A stretch of DNA of 64,000 bases from Candidatus Latescibacterota bacterium (GTDB lineage Bacteria; Latescibacterota; UBA2968), in assembly GCA_965204375.1 (NCBI GenBank), contig OZ241986.1, forward strand, positions 4,672,001 to 4,736,000. Reading direction: 5' to 3'. Shown here in pieces: positions 60,992-64,000 of the stretch (positions are counted from its first letter, which is position 1; every line of letters starts with the position of its first letter). The translations under genes were made by a program, and so were the position numbers. The notes below the pieces were generated by a model, which was not told the DNA's origin, did not search any database, and worked only from the letters and a program-made list of their open reading frames with translations.

Positions 60992-62534
60992 AAGGTAAAA
61001 GCCTCGGATGGTTCTTTTACTGTATTTCCAAATGTGGCAAACATCAGCAATGGGAAAAACCATTTACACAAGGCAGAAGACGCGGAGAAATCTAATCTGG
61101 CCAGACCAGCACCCGTAGGTTCTACATGGGAGAATTTATCTTCAAAGGGCATAAGGGCCGGTGCTGTCTCTAAGGCCCAGGGTTTTAATGCGGTCGAAAT
61201 TTCCATTGTTCGTAATTTACCATCCCCACTCGAGCCACCCCGCAGCATCGGTACGCCGTTTTTGAGACCCATCATAACAAGTTCAGGGAAATACTGCGAT
61301 CCAACCTTGATTTTCTAGGTGGCAACACAATCATCTTTCTGAAATAGCTTCTGTAGAGACCTCAACATCAAATCAATGCTTCTGTCTTCTGATGAAGTAA
61401 ACGCCAAGCTCAACCCTGTAACCTTTTGAGAAAACATTGCAAACATCTTAGCTTTTGGGGTTGATCCCTCGGCCAAATAGAGTCCTGAGACATAACAGAA
61501 AAGTGGATCTATCCGCAAAGTTGGCTTGAGTTTGAGCCTTCTGGACCTTGGCCACATCCCTTCTAATATACCAAAATTTTCCGTTATTTTTGGCCGATTG
61601 TCAGCGAGATTTCCGTAAGGATGTAACGAGAAAAATGCTTTAATATCAATATCCCTCCCTACAGATGATGGTATGTCTATCCATTGAATAAGCCCTTGGG
61701 GAGAAACCCAGGTGTCCGCATGGATTGAATCTTCCATTTCGTAAAGCATTTTAAGAAAAAATTCGCCAAACCTATTAAGGCCGCCAATATAGATTTCATC
61801 AGACCTGCTGGAGCCACCCGGTTCTCGAGCACCTTTTTTGAATGGTCTCCGTAAAGAAGCTGTAACTGTATCTGCCCGATTTAAAACTAATCCGCTTTTT
61901 TTAAATCCATCTCCTTTTCATATGCGAGAATTTCCTGCATAGCATTCTTATGAAAATAATAGAAGGCCAAATGATTTTCGTTGGTGCCTGGCACATCTCG
62001 GCTTTCTGCTAAATACCTTTTATCGGCGTCAGTTAATGATCGGCGTAATGTTGAGAGTGGAGGTGTTTTTGGAATATATCCGCCATAATAATTTTTTAAC
62101 CTGTCTAAGCCTTCATCTGCCATAAAAAAGGCACTATCCTCTCCCAATGAAAACGTAAATCGTATTCCGTCTGAAAATATTTTGCGAAACTGTTCTACTG
62201 CAAAATGTACGAGGTTTGGTTCCCTTTGCGAAAATGAAATTGTGGGCTTAATGACCCCTAAGTTATGCTTGTCCTCACTACCCTTTGCACCGTCTCCACT
62301 ATACAGCCCAAAAAATGAGACTAAACTCTCATTGAGTTCGATTTCCGATCTGATCTTTACTTCATCGCCCGTACCGTCCTTACGTGAAACGATCAAAAAT
62401 CCATCTCGGATTTCTCGATATTGATAATCAGCCGAAAATGTTCTATACTTGGCATCTGTAATAACGTATCCGCGGACAGATCCCTGAGTCCTTTCAAGAA
62501 ATTCTTTGACCTTGATATAGCCTAATGTTGGCAT
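60988..62534 (-). pseudogene. Disrupted gene of about 515 aa with two LAGLIDADG-like motifs
   Basis: ORFs 61887-62534, 61315-61749 and 60988-61275 join via a -1 shift in the A7 run (61896-61902) and one in-frame TAG (61315-61317); motifs LVSFFGLYSGDG and FCYVSGLYLAEG. Confidence 0.75.
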
Positions 62535-62862
62535 ATTGTGTATCCTTTTTTTTGCTGTACGTCGTCAAATTCTGGTTACCGTCCGTCATAGTGACTGATA
62601 CGTTTGTTCCGCACGCCCCTGCCTCGAGCGTCAATATAGCTACGATGCATCTCGGCTATGAGATCTGTGACAAGAGAACCTTGGTTGCCATCTCGGCTTG
62701 GTATGGCCAGAGGGAATAACACCTGGTCTGGTATTACCTTTCGTATTCCTTTAGGCCCTCCCCGATCTCATGGCTTCTCTCAAGACACATCTGGTCTATC
62801 AGATCGAGACATTTAATTGCCCATTCGTCGCCGTCATCAGCAGATGAGTGAGACGCAAAGGA

Positions 62863-64000
62863 TCACATGCCCCAAATGTCTATCTCAACGCCACCTTCAG
62901 ACACACGGCGATGGTGGAACACCTTATCCTCCCAACGCCTGCCTTCACGGCGGTCAAAAATCACCAGATGACCTGCCTCTGCATCGCAGCGATCCATGTA
63001 CTCCGCGGTTTGTTCCAGGCCCTCAATGATGGTTTGCTCCAGGCTTTTGTGGAGAATTTTGCATTCGATCACAATTTTGCAGGTCTGATCGTCCTGCGGC
63101 CAGACAATCAGCAGATCGGTGCGTCCACGTCCCAAACCATACTCCCGTTCAATGCGTCCACCGCTGTTCACAATCCGCTGGAGAAATGCCTGCAACAACA
63201 ACTGCGGACCGGCTTCCTGATATTGGAATCGTCTCACCCAGTGCTCTGAGTGTTCGCGGAAAAAGGTCTGAAACTCGGTCATCAGTTTGACCACATTCAG
63301 GCTACCATCGGCATTGACGTACCAGGCTGTATCCTGCTCAAACTCCCCCTGTAACACCCACGTCAGTTCGCGCGGCACGACTTCGGCGTAGATCGGATTG
63401 GCAATGCGGTACGGCAGATCTTGAGCCACAAGACCGAGATCGCGTACATACTCCAGGTCGCGGTCAATAAAGCGACGTTCCTCAGCCCCACTCAGCAGCG
63501 GTTCAACGATGCGTTGTACGCGTTCTTCCTGCAACTTATCGGCCAACTGGTCGAGGTGTATCTCTCGGCGCAAGATGAGTTGCTCCCGTGCGTCACATAT
63601 TGCGTTGTCCGTAATGGGCTGGCTGCGATCCCGCCCGGTCTTGTTTTTAAAGCCAGCTTCATAAGCCAATGCATTGACCAGCCACGGTTGTCCCCGGGTC
63701 TGCGTCCAGATCGTCTCCAGTGCCTCGGCTGTGAATGCCTGCCCCGTTTCTGCCGTGTGCTGTGCGATGAGATCGAATACCTCGTCCTGTGAGAAGTCCC
63801 CCAGGCGCAGGGACTCAGCGCGAATGTTGAATGCACTGCCACCGGCGATGAGCGCATTTTCTGCCGTTGATTGGATGCGGTAGTCGCGCACATCGCGTAC
63901 CCCACACAGCACCACACTTTGCGGAAAACCCTCTGGGCGAAGGTCATAGCCCGCTCGCAACTGCCGTAGCACAGACAGCAGAGAATCGCCGATCAAGGCG
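62863..64000 (-). CDS. AAA ATPase-like protein with C-terminal PD-(D/E)XK nuclease domain (5' end outside window)
   Basis: LLSVLRQLRAGY, TRGQPWLVNAL, EREYGLGRGRTDLLI...IVIECK. Confidence 0.85.
   Translation of the reverse strand, partial: ALIGDSLLSVLRQLRAGYDLRPEGFPQSVVLCGVRDVRDYRIQSTAENALIAGGSAFNIRAESLRLGDFSQDEVFDLIAQHTAETGQAFTAEALETIWTQTRGQPWLVNALAYEAGFKNKTGRDRSQPITDNAICDAREQLILRREIHLDQLADKLQEERVQRIVEPLLSGAEERRFIDRDLEYVRDLGLVAQDLPYRIANPIYAEVVPRELTWVLQGEFEQDTAWYVNADGSLNVVKLMTEFQTFFREHSEHWVRRFQYQEAGPQLLLQAFLQRIVNSGGRIEREYGLGRGRTDLLIVWPQDDQTCKIVIECKILHKSLEQTIIEGLEQTAEYMDRCDAEAGHLVIFDRREGRRWEDKVFHHRRVSEGGVEIDIWGM

Noticed and set aside
61315-61317. TAG as pyrrolysine or an alternative genetic code
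   Set aside because: TAG is a normal stop in other genes here (e.g. brnA, dciA), and no pyl genes were seen
60988-62534. Intein- or intron-encoded homing endonuclease
   Set aside because: No Hint motifs (no terminal His-Asn) and no interrupted host gene recognised
62575-62800. Possible gene remnant upstream of the LAGLIDADG-like gene
   Set aside because: Short open frame with no convincing start or recognisable motif

Overview
Bacterial chromosomal window, with almost all genes on the minus strand. The content suggests a Latescibacterota/Poribacteria-like marine or sponge symbiont (six sulfatases, dockerin/EF-hand-like secreted proteins, an internalin-like LRR protein, PhyH dioxygenases, many toxin-antitoxin remnants); this taxonomy is inference only. 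The core block is addB-addA-[inserted cargo]-dnaN-recF-dciA-gyrB-gyrA with convergent hom. dnaA is absent, but GC skew appears to flip between about 20 and 26 kb. The flanks hold sulfated-carbohydrate catabolism genes (sulfatases, GH117, GH2, sialidase-like, oxidoreductases) interrupted by AT-rich cargo. Best candidate for a new system: a tightly coupled three-gene operon (57241-62534) encoding a two-motif LAGLIDADG-like protein (disrupted here by a frameshift and a TAG), a possible alpha/alpha-toroid protein and a fused double SPPY (m4C-type) DNA methyltransferase. Also notable: integrase-free cargo cassettes bounded by duplicated addA 3' ends that run into sigma70 -35 boxes, a duplicated promoter flanking another cargo block, a palindromic repeat inserted in-frame in gyrA, and unusual quinolone-pocket residues in both gyrase subunits. 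No rRNA, tRNA, CRISPR array, integrase or transposase was recognised. All product calls come from motif reading by eye, without database searches.
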